DNA from: Saprolegnia diclina VS20
Lineage: Eukaryota
Reading direction: 5' to 3'
Assembly: GCF_000281045.1 (NCBI RefSeq)
Contig: NW_008246073.1
Location: 969,560-1,012,602 of the forward strand
DNA: 43,043 bases
Position numbers and translations under genes: made by a program. Positions 1 to 11,166 of this stretch are shown piece after piece. The stretch's first letter is position 1, and each line of letters begins with the position of its first letter. The notes below the pieces were generated by a model. The model had not been told where the DNA came from and made no database searches. It worked only from the letters and a program-made list of their open reading frames with translations.

Positions 1-62
1 CCTTCTTGACTCAATCCTTCCGCGCGTTGAGACATGGGCCACGCCGTTGGTTGAGCTAGCGA

Positions 63-500
63 CTACATATTCTCGAGAAAGTCGCGGACACGGTCGTCGG
101 CAGCGGCCCAGAGCTGTCGCTCGAGCGCAAGCGTTCGACGGGCGGCGTCGAGGGTGATGTACTGGCGACTGTGCACGCCAACGCAGAGAACGGTGAGCAG
201 GACGACGACGAGATGCCAGTCGAGCACCATTGGGACAAAGGCGACGAGCATGATCGACGACCAGTGCTTGCTCATCTCGATAACGATTGCGATCTGACGC
301 ATTTGCACGCGCGTGTGTTGACTCAAGTAGTAGTTGTACTCGTCCTCGTCCGTCAAATCATTCGGCTCTGTCGGCCGCGTGATCGGAGCCGGCGCGTCGA
401 GACGCCACGGCAGACACCAGTTTGGCGCAAACTTGACGAGCGACAGCACCAGCGGAAAGCTCATGCAGAGCATGTACGGGAGGATGCTGCTCTCGGTCAT
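63..500 (-). CDS. Hypothetical small membrane protein (145 aa)
   Basis: Complete ATG-to-stop ORF with hydrophobic stretches (ILPYMLCMSFPLVLSLV; IMLVAFVPMVLDWHLVVVLLTVLCVGV). An INR/FPR-like GCATTTCGCAATTCGC lies directly upstream. No recognisable family. Confidence 0.45.
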   Translation of the reverse strand: MTESSILPYMLCMSFPLVLSLVKFAPNWCLPWRLDAPAPITRPTEPNDLTDEDEYNYYLSQHTRVQMRQIAIVIEMSKHWSSIMLVAFVPMVLDWHLVVVLLTVLCVGVHSRQYITLDAARRTLALERQLWAAADDRVRDFLENM

Positions 501-1229
501 GCGAATTGCGAAATGCAGCTCAAGTTGCGACCCGATCAGCGTCCCACTTTAATGAAAGGGTTAGGGTTTCTTCGTATTTGCTCATGCTCGTCGGTCGGCA
601 CCGTGTGCGAAGTCTACTCGATGCAGAAGGAGCTTAGACGTCCCTTCGAGCCGTATTGTTGTTGAGACGCGTGGGGCTAGCGTGATGTACGCCTCACCGT
701 CGTGGCCAAAGAGCCGAAAACAACCCAACGGCAATGGGTGAATTCATCAGCAACTCAACGTTTGATGGGTGTGAGCATCACAAGACATTATATATACGAA
801 CGTAACGTGTTTCGCGTTATCTTCATAATTACACAAAGACTTCGCATACGTAGAGACTAGCAATCTCCTTCTTCTTCATTCGCTCGCCGGTCCGTGGCGG
901 CGGCGCGGGGGCTCGTCTGGCTCTTCTGTCGTCGCCCTACGACGCTTGGGCCGCGGGTGAGGCCCGTGACGACACAGTTCTTAAGACATTAGTCGGGAAA
1001 AGGAAAGCTCGAGACGATGGACGAGGTTATCACAGCAATGCTCAACGAGCCGTTCAGCCGCGGGCTCTGCGTCCTCATCATTCTCCTTCAGTACCTCGCG
1101 ATCTGGGTCGACCGCGCTACCCGTCGCCACGCATCGACCTCTCGTTCACCGACGACGACTACGCGTCATCCGACAAGATTGGCCGCATCGCCAACCGCCA
1201 AGAGCTGCATACCGTACGGTCGCCAACAG

Positions 1230-1736
1230 GTACGGAGGTGCGCTCGGCGTGGGGCCGCGCGGCAGCATCGCCGGTCGCATCGAGCGGCAACTACTACTAC
1301 CGGTCGACGCACTCGACGCGCGCCTACATGCTCATGTACCGCCCGGTCGACGCACGGCGGAACGGCCAGTTCCTGCCCGACGACGCGCTGCCGTCGTCCA
1401 AGGCCTCATCCAGGCGGACGAAGTGCGGCGGCTCGAGAAAGAGAAGGAGCGCGCTTGATTCCGCTCGAGATCTTTTACGACAGCAGCCACAAGACGCTGC
1501 ATGTCTCCAAGCTATTGGCGCTGAGCGACGTCATGGCGCAGGCCCAAACGCTCTTTGGCCTCGACCTTCCGAGCGACCACGCCCGACTGCGCACCAACTC
1601 GGAGTACACGAGTTTGCCGCTCGAGGACTCCTTGCATAGCTACTACCGGTATGATGGCGTGGGCTGTCTCGAAGTGGAGTACGACGACCTCGACGTTTGC
1701 TCCGTCTCGATCAACGACCGACGCTGCATGTGGTGA
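1230..1736 (+). pseudogene. Frameshifted fragment of a USP47/USP7-like ubiquitin-specific protease (end of catalytic domain plus following UBL-like region)
   Basis: Three consecutive frames read EVRSAWG...STRAYMLMYRPVDARRNGQFLPDDALP, then VQGLIQADEVRRLEKEKER, then LIPLEIFYDSSHKTLHVSK...DHARLR. This follows the USP47 pattern (AYMLxYR motif, charged helix, UBL-like domain). Shifts near 1393 and 1450 have no room for introns, and no Cys box is visible upstream. Confidence 0.6.
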
Positions 1737-2826
1737 CCCTCGCTGGCTACACTTGGCGTCCGTTTGGCAAGCAGCCAGTGACAGATAATCTCAAGGCGGT
1801 CAAGACGACGCAATGGCGGTTCTCAGTTACTTTATCGCAACCGACCGCGGTGCTGCGGTCGACCTTCCGGGTGTGACGCTGGGTTGCGCAGCGCCGCCTT
1901 CAGGTGACGTGCGACTTTGGTGCTTCTCCAGCAGCAAAATGCGGGGGATGTTGACGGTGAACGACCTGCTCGACTTGCGCAAACTCAGTTTCGGTCGCCG
2001 GGCCGAGAAGGTGCGCGAACGCTGATATCGCTGCACGACGTGAGCGCGGAGCGTCGACGAGCAAACGAATGGACGAAGGGATAAGACAGTGTGAGCGCAA
2101 GTGGTACCTGCTTGTAGAAATGCCACACGTAGGAGGCTTGCCAGAGCATGCCCTGCAACCCCACAATGCATGCCCCAATACAACGCACACCAGTGTCAAC
2201 GTCCAGGACAAGGTGTAGGATGCGGTGGCACAGCGTGGCACTGTTGGTTCATAACACCGTGACATGCAGCTCGATGCTCCACTCGCCCACGACGTGATGG
2301 GCAAAGCATGGCCAGTCCAACGTCGACCGTCGCGCTCATGTTCGTTGGACAATCAAGATGCGGGCCAGAGCATCCTTGCATCGTTGCTCACGCCTTAAGC
2401 CAAGCTCATTAGCGACCACGAGACGGCGATTCGCTGCATGGACTGGGCCGACAATATGCTTGTCACGGACGGCGACGAAGCGCGTCTGTGCAGTGGTCGA
2501 CCTCGACGGGGTGTCAACAGCAAGCGACGCATGACGCGTCCGTCGAGCGCGACACGAGCGGCCTCACGACGGTGCGCTAGTGCTCACGCCCGTGCGAGGA
2601 GGCCCTTGTCGCCGACGGCTGCCGCGTCCCTCGATCTTCGCCCGTTGTCGTCGTGGCAACGGTTCGAGGTCGAGTTGGCAGAAAAACCAGATTCCGGATG
2701 GACCAATCGCAGCACGGGCGTGTAGTTTAATACAAAATGCCAAATGGGCTACAAAGATCAAGATATATCATGCGATTTAAAAAAGGGTACTTTGCTGGGT
2801 GGCACTGGAATTCGCCACACAGCACC

Positions 2827-4604
2827 ATGCAGGTCACGCAGACCGACGCCGAGCATGCGACGGCCCGCGACGCCTTCGTGCTCATGTCGACGCTGCTGAG
2901 CCCCGTCGTGCCTGCGCCGTACCTCGAGCTCTGCAGCAGCATCCTCCAGGAGCGCCACCTCCGCGATGTCTTTGAGGAGCGGGCGGTCCAGCTCCGCTGC
3001 GGCCTGCCCACGTGCAGCTCGACGCTCGCCAAAAAGTACACGCGCTCGCACCTTCGCGCCGCTCAATAGGATGTACCCTAGGAAGCCACAGAAGTATCGC
3101 ATCTCGGTGGCGCGGCGAGAGGTGTATAGCGCCCGCGAAGAGCAGCAGTTTTGCTCCGAGAAATGCTTGAAGGTACGCCGACCGTGCGACAATGCTCGCG
3201 CAACCATGCAATGCATAGGAAGCCCGGTCGTTCCTGGCACTGCTGCCGGTCAAGCCGGTGCAGATGCTACCGACGATCCACCAAGTCTTTGGCACGTCCA
3301 AGCCCAACCCGTTGGACTACCGGGAGGGCGCGCGTGCACCACTGCCCGTAACGTCGGTGGCCAAGCCCAAGCGCGCACAGCCCAAGGTCGTGTGGTCCAA
3401 GCAGCCGGGCATGGGCGTCGTCGAGCGGCCAAGCCAGAAGCCGATCGCGATCATCGAGAACAAGGCGCCGGCCGGGCCCTCGCGCGAGTTCCCGACAGGA
3501 GAGCACGCGATCTTGATCGAAGGCTTTGTGTTTCCTGGCCACAAGGCCAAGAAGGCCACCAAACTCGCCAAGAAGATGAAGCAAGAGACAGCGCCGGCCA
3601 ATACCGACGACGGGAACGAGAATGACAGCGACTACACGTCCGAGTCGGACTCGGGCACCGACTCGGAGATGGACATCCTCGGCGCCGACGACGACTCGTC
3701 GGACGACAGCGACGGCAACACGGACGTCTACAGCGCCGCCGACCTCCCGCTCTTCGCTACCATGTGGATGAAGATCTCGGAGATGGTGACGCCCGAGACG
3801 CTCTCGGTCGTCGCGGGTTGGCACCAACGAACGATTCCTGTCACCGTCGAGGTGCGCCCGATCTCGGGCCCGGAAGAAGACCGCGCGTACCATTTTGGCT
3901 CCTTCTTGCTGCGGCAAATGCCCTCGATCAGCACGCTCTCGGGGCTGCCGTGCGACCGGCGCATCCAGGGGCTGCTGCAGGATCTTCTCCATACGTTTCA
4001 GCTGCTTCGGCCCGTCGAAGCCAAAGAAAAAAACGAGGTACTGTACATTTCGTGATTCGCATTCTCGCAGGACAAATTTTGCTGTGTAGTGGAACGCCAT
4101 GTGCTTTCTCTTTTTGCTCGTGTGCCACAAGTGCACGCCCGACACGCTGCGCTCGCTGCCAACCCTTGCGTAACCTTCCTCTTGATAGATTGATACTAAA
4201 TGAAATGGGCGTAGGACGACGCTGGCGCAGTGCCGCCTCGATGTCGCCGAGATGCAGCAGCTCGTGAGCATCTTCTACAATACGGACGCTTTTGAGACCA
4301 TGGTGCTTGCCGACGAGATGGACAAGCCGGTGGACATGACGCCGCGCGTGACCGCCACCAAGGTGCTTTGGAACTTGTGGAAGATGATGCGATGCTTCTG
4401 TAGGGCATCTCGAAGAAGCAGTGCCGCAAGTGCCGCCGCGCGACCGACGTGTGCATCTGCAGCTCGCGTCGGCGCGAAGACTCTGCGTTTTCTGAAGCCG
4501 AGGTCGCCCGCATGCTGCAGGAATCGCTGCAGATCCAAGACATGTCGGCGTTTGGCACGACCAACGGCGCCGACGAGATGGACGATGCAAGCATGAGCTC
4601 CTAA
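2827..4604 (+). CDS. RPAP2: RPAP2/Rtr1-like RNA polymerase II CTD phosphatase / assembly factor (multi-exon)
   Basis: Spliced N-terminus DVFEERAVQLRCGLPTC...KYRISVARREVYSAREEQQFCSEKC matches the Rtr1/RPAP2 zinc-finger pattern (EER..CGxPxC...YxI...FCSxxC). GT-AG introns near 3036-3081, 3173-3218 and 4363-4403 (plus others near 4040-4210) restore the frame. Acidic middle region; stop TAA at 4602-4604. Confidence 0.8.
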
Positions 4605-5098
4605 TAACTGCGTCCACCGCAACCTCTGTAGTTGATCATCTCTATTAGTCGTCATTTTTTGTCGAACAAATTACCACATTGTGCGCTCCAATGGAGTCTG
4701 TGCTCGTGTGGATGAGACGACGCACGAAATGATTTTGATGGCGAAGGGTTAGTACCTGCCATGGGGACTTGCCGATTCGCTATGGCCTCTTGTTGGCGAT
4801 GCAAACATAGCTTGTGCAGGTTTCTTCGCGGAAACTGTAGTACTTGGTGTGCGATTGAGATTGTGGGTGATCGCAGAGAAGGGTGTTTGCTCCACTCAAT
4901 TGCATAAACACGACATCGACTAGACGTTGAGTGGAAGCGACTTCATTGGAACCCTAAATACTGTGAATTGTATCCAGTGAGCGCGTGCGGAGCGCGTGGG
5001 ATGGCCACGCCACTCGTGGTTGACCGAGTTGCTCGCTGAGATTTCACCTTGTGGTCTTGGGGAGTGGGCATATCATACGCGGTTATCGCCCCAAGGTG

Positions 5099-5153
5099 AC
5101 TAGGTGTAGGGTCCGTAACGACCCACTTGAAAAAAACTAGGTGTAGGGTCCGT
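5099..5153. repeat. Perfect 18-bp direct repeat ACTAGGTGTAGGGTCCGT (two copies, 19-bp spacer)
   Basis: Copies at 5099-5116 and 5136-5153, read directly. Confidence 0.85.
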
Positions 5154-5274
5154 CGCAATTCGCACCAACGCTGATGCAACGGTGCTTACGAAAGGTGGCG
5201 ACTGTTGCTGTGACAAGAAAGAACATGGTATTGATAAATTGATAGATTGCTACTGTGCAGACGATGAGAGATGC

Positions 5275-5541
5275 TTAGGCCCAGCCGCCACCACCGCCGT
5301 TGGTGTTGGTGTTAGCAGTGCCTTGGCCGCCCCAGCCGCCGCCACCGCCGCCGCCGTTGAAGAGGCCGTAGCCGTTGAGGCAGTTTTGGACGAGGCTGCT
5401 GATGGCGCCGCCGAGGTCGATGCCACCGCCACCGCCGCCCCACGTGGCGCGCAAGTTCTGGGTCTCGCTGGCGGCCGTCGTCGAGTCGATGCACTGGAGC
5501 ACGGCGAGAGCGCACACGGTGGTCTTGACCATGGTCTTCAT
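5275..5541 (-). CDS. Small secreted glycine-rich protein, copy A (88 aa)
   Basis: MKTMVKTTVCALAVLQCIDSTTAA signal-like N-terminus, then an NLRA motif and GGGGG/W repeats. A near-consensus INR+FPR promoter lies immediately upstream, and a second copy differs only at synonymous sites. Confidence 0.8.
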   Translation of the reverse strand: MKTMVKTTVCALAVLQCIDSTTAASETQNLRATWGGGGGGIDLGGAISSLVQNCLNGYGLFNGGGGGGGWGGQGTANTNTNGGGGGWA

Positions 5542-5544
5542 GGT

Positions 5545-5562
5545 GGAAATTGGAAAGTGAGC
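5545..5562 (-). promoter_or_regulatory. Oomycete INR+FPR core promoter element (GCTCACTTTCCAATTTCC)
   Basis: Matches the oomycete initiator/flanking-promoter consensus (approximately TCAYTYYNCAWTTT) a few nt upstream of the ATG at 5541. Confidence 0.65.
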
Positions 5563-5802
5563 GCCTCCTGGCCATCCCATTCAATGCTGCATCGGACCTC
5601 ATGCATGCAACATATGACGAACCCATCTGTGTTCCGTGGGTCACACGGTGTGGTGCTCTTCCACTGGATCATGGTTCTGTGCTGTGCTGGCTCATCGCAT
5701 TCGATCTGTCAACTCCGAGACATCCCACTGACTGTCAACTAGACTACGAAACATATCCCCACACCAAGATTACCGAACGACAATGTATATTGATTGTCTT
5801 TG

Positions 5803-8800
5803 CTAGTGTTTCATCGGTATCGTGTGTACCAAGTGCTGCAGCGACATGTCATCTCGGATTTCCCTTCGCTCTTTGCCAATGGCGACGATATGCTTGCGCC
5901 ACGTCTTGATGTCGAGCAGGAAGACGCGGTCGCCCCACTCGAAGGACAGGAGCCCGTTGATGACCGCGGATGCCTTGTCGATGCAGTAGACGTCTCGGTG
6001 GTGCCACCGGGCCTTCTTGAACTGGTAGTTGGCGGCCGCATACAAAAAGAACGAGCTGGCTGGCGGCGGCGCCAAGTGCGGGAACCGGAGGCGCTCGAGG
6101 AGGTAGAGCACAAGCACAATGCCAGCAACAAGTCCGTTCAGAGCCAAAAACCGCTGGACGCTCCCAATGGCCACGTGACCGCCGTGGCAAATGGCTTGGG
6201 CGTCGACAGCGACCACGACGCACGATCGCTCGAGCTGCACATGATGGGTAATGGGCGATGCAAAACTCCAAATGGCCGAGGCCCCCCAGACCGCAAGCGC
6301 CGATTTCGACGAGTAGCCCGAGGTGTATTGCTGCGTGAGAAGCGAGAAGGCGTCGTTCAAGATGAACGCTAGCCACGTAAGCTCGCCCGAGGCTGTAATC
6401 GTGGTGTACCACGGCGCCCGCACCGACTCGAAGCGGAAATAGCCGGCCATTTGCATGAGCTGGAGGCCCGATGTCGAGAGGAGGCAGATGGCCGTCATGC
6501 TGCGTAGAAACAGCAGCGGGCGGCCGATCCAGACAAGCCCCCCGACGCGGTTGACGACGAGGAGGTTGCTGGCTTCAATGAAGCCGCCCGAGGTGACAAT
6601 GTAGAGAGACGCCAAGAGCGTCACAAACCCGAGGACGACCGTGATGTACTGAACGACGCGCTGAAAGTACGTGGCGACGTTGATTGGGATCTCCATCCCG
6701 TTGACCGGCACGCGTGCAATCGCGTTTCGACCCGAGAAGGTCGTGACGCGCCCGACGCTGCTTTCGAAAACGACCACTTCGCGCACGCCGTGGACCCATT
6801 CGACGAGGTACAACCACGAAAAATACTCGTACGAATGGGACGTGCCGTCAAATAGCGAGCCTTGCGCCAAGAGCGGTGGCCCGCGACCATAGACACCGGC
6901 GCCAAGACTGACGTTGAAGCTAATGTATTGCGCGAGCGCCACCGGGTAGTTGGTGTGCATTTCGGTGCGCACGTTGGCGGCGAGTGCGGCAAGGCGCGTT
7001 TGGTTCTCGGGCGGTACATGCGCATCAAGATAGGTGAGAATACCGTGCAGAAGGTCCAGCGTCTTGCCGCCGTCGGATGCCATCGCGTCGATATCATCCA
7101 TCATCACTGGTGTGAGCGCGCTGCCCAAGGCGGCCACCGCCATGGTCGCACTCATCGTAGTGACTCCAAGGAGATCGTTCATGTGGGCCATGCACGACCC
7201 ACCAAGCGTGAAAAACGTCAGCACCGACGTATCGGGCGACGCCTGCGAGTCGCAGAGGAGGTTGCCGCCATAGTAGTCGGTCGCGTTCGACCATGGACTT
7301 GGCGTGTACTGGTTTGGGCTCTGGAGGGCGACGGTAAAGTCGTGCATGGCCGCGTCATTGGCCGTGATAACGAGCGTCAGCAAGGCGTGAGACGTCTCGT
7401 ACCACTGCTTGACCACGTCCGGGCACGGCAGTCGGCGCAAGTCGACCTCACCAAACGGACCAATGCTCGAGCGAAACAGCGAGAGTCCGAGCCCGAGCGG
7501 GCTTGGGAGCGACCCATTTTGCATGAGCACGGTCGCGGCCGAGACGTTGGTGTACCCAAACGTTGGTGAGCCCCGAAGAAGGCTGGTACCGCCGAGCACC
7601 GTCGTGTTGTCTCGCACCAAACTGAGCGCGAACGCGAGCGGCGTAAACATCTTGTACGAGGTTTGCGTTCCGAGCTGCAGCGTCGCGTTCGAGCTTTTGA
7701 GTTTGAGCGCATACGCAAGTCCAAAAGCATTGTGAATCTCAAATTGCTCAATGACACCGAGCGCCTTGTAGTTTTGCCACAACGTGGTGAACGAAAGAAG
7801 CCCCGCACGGCGCCACGTCAGCGCTTCGTCTTCGGTGGCGAGCGGGGTCGACATGGCCGTGTACAGCGCCGACGACCATTCCTGCCCCGCGCGGGAACGC
7901 TGCAGCGGCAACAAGATGCTGATGTTCAGAGCGTCGCCCCAGCAATGCGAGAGCGACGGCCAGTGTGCGTTGCGGAGCACCGACTCGAGGTAGATGGCTG
8001 CATTCTCGCTCTGGCGGGCGCACGCGACTTCGCGACGCCACGACGATGCGAGCGACCACGTTTGGCGCCAGTCGACGTAGCAGTAGGACGTTGCGATCCA
8101 CGGAACCGCGCAGCCATCCATACTTCGGAGACCGTCAATCACCTGCACAAGCGAATTGATTTCATCTTGGATCATGTTGGCGTACAAGACCGGGACGCTC
8201 GCGGCGGTCGCCGACGTGTTGTACAGATTGTCATTCGAGAAGAAGACTGCATTGTCGAGCGACGGCGAAACGTCCGAGAGGTTTGTGAGCACTTGAAGGC
8301 GGTCGTTGAACCAGTTGGTCGTATATGTCTGGGCCCCCGTCGCGTTGAAGTACGCCCACCAAAAGTCGTTGCCCATGGCAAACTGCGAGAGGTACAGAAA
8401 CGAGTAGCTCCCAAAGAGCGACGCCGCCATGTAGAGAAGCCCAAGCGCCGCTTGGATCCGCATCGTCGTGCGCGACGGGACGCTCGACGCGGCTCCATCG
8501 AAAACGGGAGTCAACACCGCGCGTGAGCCGAGTGGCGTCGTCGCCTGTAGTGTTGTCTGGACCGTAAACACGGCGTCGATCTCAAACAGCAGCCATAGCT
8601 TCATGTCCAGCACCCTACCACGCCCCAACGGCACCAAGCCCGACATGACGCAAATCACTTGGTCCATGTACCAATGGCGCTCGTGGGTGTGGGCGAGGTA
8701 TCCCTCGGAGGCGGCGGGGATCAAGAGGTGGATTTGGCGCTTCCGAGGTCCGCGCTGCTCGAGCTTGGACGCGCAGTGCTGCAGCAGACCGACGGCGAGA

Positions 8801-11166
8801 ATCGATACAAACACAGTCACTGTGTTGATACAGAGAAAAAGCGCAAGGCGCGCGACGCTGCCAATGGCCACGCGGCCGCTGCGGCACGACGCTTCGAGCC
8901 CGAGTGTCGTGACGACACAGCGTCGCTCGAGTGTGAGCGTGGCGTGATATGGTGCAAAGCGCTCGAGGAGAACCATGGTCAGCCACGCGAGGAGGCTGCT
9001 CATGGGCGCTGAGGCATTCGCGCCGTCTTTGGTAAACGGGAGGAAGAAGTCACTCACAACGTACGTGATCCACGTGCCTTCGCCGGCAATGAGGACGACC
9101 TCGAGAAGCGACCGCGGCGCCAGTACGAAGCGCGAGAGCCCCTGCCGCTGGACAAACGCTATCGGCGATGTACTGAGGAGCGCGAGGGCTGTGACGCCCC
9201 GCACAAAGAGGAACGGTCGCCCGATCCATGTGCAGCCGACGACCCGGTTGACCTTGAAGAGGTCGTGGCCGCACACGCGGAACGGCGCGCGACACGCAAA
9301 GCACACCATGAGCACCATGATGACGTTGATGACGATCGTGACGTACAGGGTGATGCTCCAAATGTACTTGCACGCGCTCACTGGCAGCTCCAACGGGTTG
9401 GCCGCCATTCGCAATGGCTCCGTGCGCCGCGACATGACCGTCACCGACGTCCCGTCCGTCTCGAACGTGTAGACCTCGCGGCGTCCGTGTAGCCACTCAA
9501 GGAGCGTGATCCAGCCAAAGAGGTCCCATGAGGTCTGCGAGAGCATGGGCTGCGACAGCAACTGGGAGGGCGCTGCGACTTGGTACATGGAAATCCCAAG
9601 CGGCTGCAGTGCAGCGTAGACGGCGTCGAGGGGTGGGACAACCAGAGGGATACGCATGGCGGCTAAGAGCGCAAGTCCGCAGCTGTCGCGCGTGCTGGCG
9701 CTCGCAAGAGCGCAAACAGAAAGTGCATTCGACACGTTGGCGAGGGCGGCGGCAAGGACAACGTGTGGACGCTCCAGTGCGATCGTGAGCGGCGTCGGCT
9801 GGGAGCACGCGTCATAGAAGCCAAACGACTCTTGCACAAAGGCCGTGGCGTCGGTCTCGCTCACACACATCAAGTTGCCCGTGTAGAAGGGCCCACGCGT
9901 CGTCCAGTGCGATGGAGTCGGGTACACGGTTGTTGACGCCGGCACAATGTCGTAGCCCGCGACAAACGTGGCATTGGTCTCGAGCTGGCGGTACAGCGCG
10001 TCTTGGAGGCCAAGGTAGAGCGCCGTGAGCTCGCTGGGATACGGTACGAGGCGAATGTTGACGTTGCCAAGCGGTCCGAGTGCGTTGACAAAGGCGGCTG
10101 TCACGGGCGGCGCCGTCGCGCTCGGGATGTAATAAAAGTTGCTAGTCGCATTGAAGTACTCGATGCTATTCGGTGCGGTTCGGACAAGACTCATGGGGCC
10201 CGGTGGGTCGAGCGACGACCAGAGGTCGTTCCAAACCCCAATGTACGCGCTCACCATGGACCAGAGACTCAGGCCCCGGAATGCAAACGGGATCTCGTTG
10301 ATACGAATGGTTTGAGTGAGCCCCAGCGCATTCTCAATGACGAGGGTTTCTTCGACGCCTTGTTGGTAGTAGTTGGTCACTTCCGACTGCCAGCGGGATG
10401 CGCCGTGCGCGACCCAAAACGCGACCTCAGCGTCCACCGAGAGGTACGAAGCCGGCCCGCGGAGCGTCGCTGTGAGCCACGCCTGGCCAAACGCCGTCGT
10501 GTTGACAATAGCAAAAATGCCCGACACGAGCGGCTGTGCCATCGGCCCGTCAAGGACATCGGCGACGTCAACATTGCGCAAGATAGGCTCGAGATACACG
10601 GCAGCATTGGTCGCGTGGTACGAGTAGCAGCGCGTTTGCTGCTTGGCCGTGAGTGCCAGTTCATAGCGCAGGGTCAAGTCGACCCAGCAATACTTGACAA
10701 ACTGGCGCAGGTTCCAGTACACCGAGTTGCTGCGAATGGAGGGTACGACAAGTGCCAACGGAACGTTGCCTTGCAGAATCGACCGCGGGGATGCGAACGA
10801 GAGCTCGATGAACGTCGACGGCGACGAGTAGTCTCTGGGCAGTACGATGCGCTCGTCAAAGAGCGAGTAGGTACCCGATGCATTGAGCAGCAGCATCGCG
10901 TTGCACCAGTCGCTCAGAAACGTTTGGTGGCCCGTCGAGTTGAAGCCCTGCCACCAATAGTCGTTGGCCACGTGCGGCTTGAGGATGGTGATGTACGCGA
11001 CGCTGCACGCCATCGTAAACACCATGTAGACGTAGCCGCACAGCGTTAGGAGCTTGGGCGAGAGGTGACGACTAGGACGATGATGCGGGGAAGGCGGCGA
11101 GTCGTCGCTCGGCGGCACGTCGGCGCTCGATGCGACAACAATGACCCGCCCCTGGTTGACGACCAT
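5803..11166 (-). CDS. Large multipass membrane protein of unknown function with two tandem homologous halves (~1787 aa, intronless)
   Basis: Long ORF. Each half has a TM helix, ND[YF]WWxxFNxTGxQT, YC[WY]VD, NAA[VI]YLExxLRN, a long N-glycosylation-rich region, WxxLxEWxHGxREV, NRVxGxxWIGRPxLFxR and several TM helices. Start placed at MVVNQG (11166) because the upstream ORF extension overlaps the last Ku80 exon. Confidence 0.85.
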   Translation of the reverse strand: MVVNQGRVIVVASSADVPPSDDSPPSPHHRPSRHLSPKLLTLCGYVYMVFTMACSVAYITILKPHVANDYWWQGFNSTGHQTFLSDWCNAMLLLNASGTYSLFDERIVLPRDYSSPSTFIELSFASPRSILQGNVPLALVVPSIRSNSVYWNLRQFVKYCWVDLTLRYELALTAKQQTRCYSYHATNAAVYLEPILRNVDVADVLDGPMAQPLVSGIFAIVNTTAFGQAWLTATLRGPASYLSVDAEVAFWVAHGASRWQSEVTNYYQQGVEETLVIENALGLTQTIRINEIPFAFRGLSLWSMVSAYIGVWNDLWSSLDPPGPMSLVRTAPNSIEYFNATSNFYYIPSATAPPVTAAFVNALGPLGNVNIRLVPYPSELTALYLGLQDALYRQLETNATFVAGYDIVPASTTVYPTPSHWTTRGPFYTGNLMCVSETDATAFVQESFGFYDACSQPTPLTIALERPHVVLAAALANVSNALSVCALASASTRDSCGLALLAAMRIPLVVPPLDAVYAALQPLGISMYQVAAPSQLLSQPMLSQTSWDLFGWITLLEWLHGRREVYTFETDGTSVTVMSRRTEPLRMAANPLELPVSACKYIWSITLYVTIVINVIMVLMVCFACRAPFRVCGHDLFKVNRVVGCTWIGRPFLFVRGVTALALLSTSPIAFVQRQGLSRFVLAPRSLLEVVLIAGEGTWITYVVSDFFLPFTKDGANASAPMSSLLAWLTMVLLERFAPYHATLTLERRCVVTTLGLEASCRSGRVAIGSVARLALFLCINTVTVFVSILAVGLLQHCASKLEQRGPRKRQIHLLIPAASEGYLAHTHERHWYMDQVICVMSGLVPLGRGRVLDMKLWLLFEIDAVFTVQTTLQATTPLGSRAVLTPVFDGAASSVPSRTTMRIQAALGLLYMAASLFGSYSFLYLSQFAMGNDFWWAYFNATGAQTYTTNWFNDRLQVLTNLSDVSPSLDNAVFFSNDNLYNTSATAASVPVLYANMIQDEINSLVQVIDGLRSMDGCAVPWIATSYCYVDWRQTWSLASSWRREVACARQSENAAIYLESVLRNAHWPSLSHCWGDALNISILLPLQRSRAGQEWSSALYTAMSTPLATEDEALTWRRAGLLSFTTLWQNYKALGVIEQFEIHNAFGLAYALKLKSSNATLQLGTQTSYKMFTPLAFALSLVRDNTTVLGGTSLLRGSPTFGYTNVSAATVLMQNGSLPSPLGLGLSLFRSSIGPFGEVDLRRLPCPDVVKQWYETSHALLTLVITANDAAMHDFTVALQSPNQYTPSPWSNATDYYGGNLLCDSQASPDTSVLTFFTLGGSCMAHMNDLLGVTTMSATMAVAALGSALTPVMMDDIDAMASDGGKTLDLLHGILTYLDAHVPPENQTRLAALAANVRTEMHTNYPVALAQYISFNVSLGAGVYGRGPPLLAQGSLFDGTSHSYEYFSWLYLVEWVHGVREVVVFESSVGRVTTFSGRNAIARVPVNGMEIPINVATYFQRVVQYITVVLGFVTLLASLYIVTSGGFIEASNLLVVNRVGGLVWIGRPLLFLRSMTAICLLSTSGLQLMQMAGYFRFESVRAPWYTTITASGELTWLAFILNDAFSLLTQQYTSGYSSKSALAVWGASAIWSFASPITHHVQLERSCVVVAVDAQAICHGGHVAIGSVQRFLALNGLVAGIVLVLYLLERLRFPHLAPPPASSFFLYAAANYQFKKARWHHRDVYCIDKASAVINGLLSFEWGDRVFLLDIKTWRKHIVAIGKERREIRDDMSLQHLVHTIPMKH

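Noticed and set aside
1800..2730. Short ORFs with patchy coding-like composition
   Set aside because: No recognisable motif or consistent splice model; possibly decayed sequence, but unsupported.
5099..5153. Repeat-spacer-repeat as a CRISPR-like or telomeric array
   Set aside because: Only two short units in a eukaryotic context, no cas genes, and no tandem TTTAGGG.
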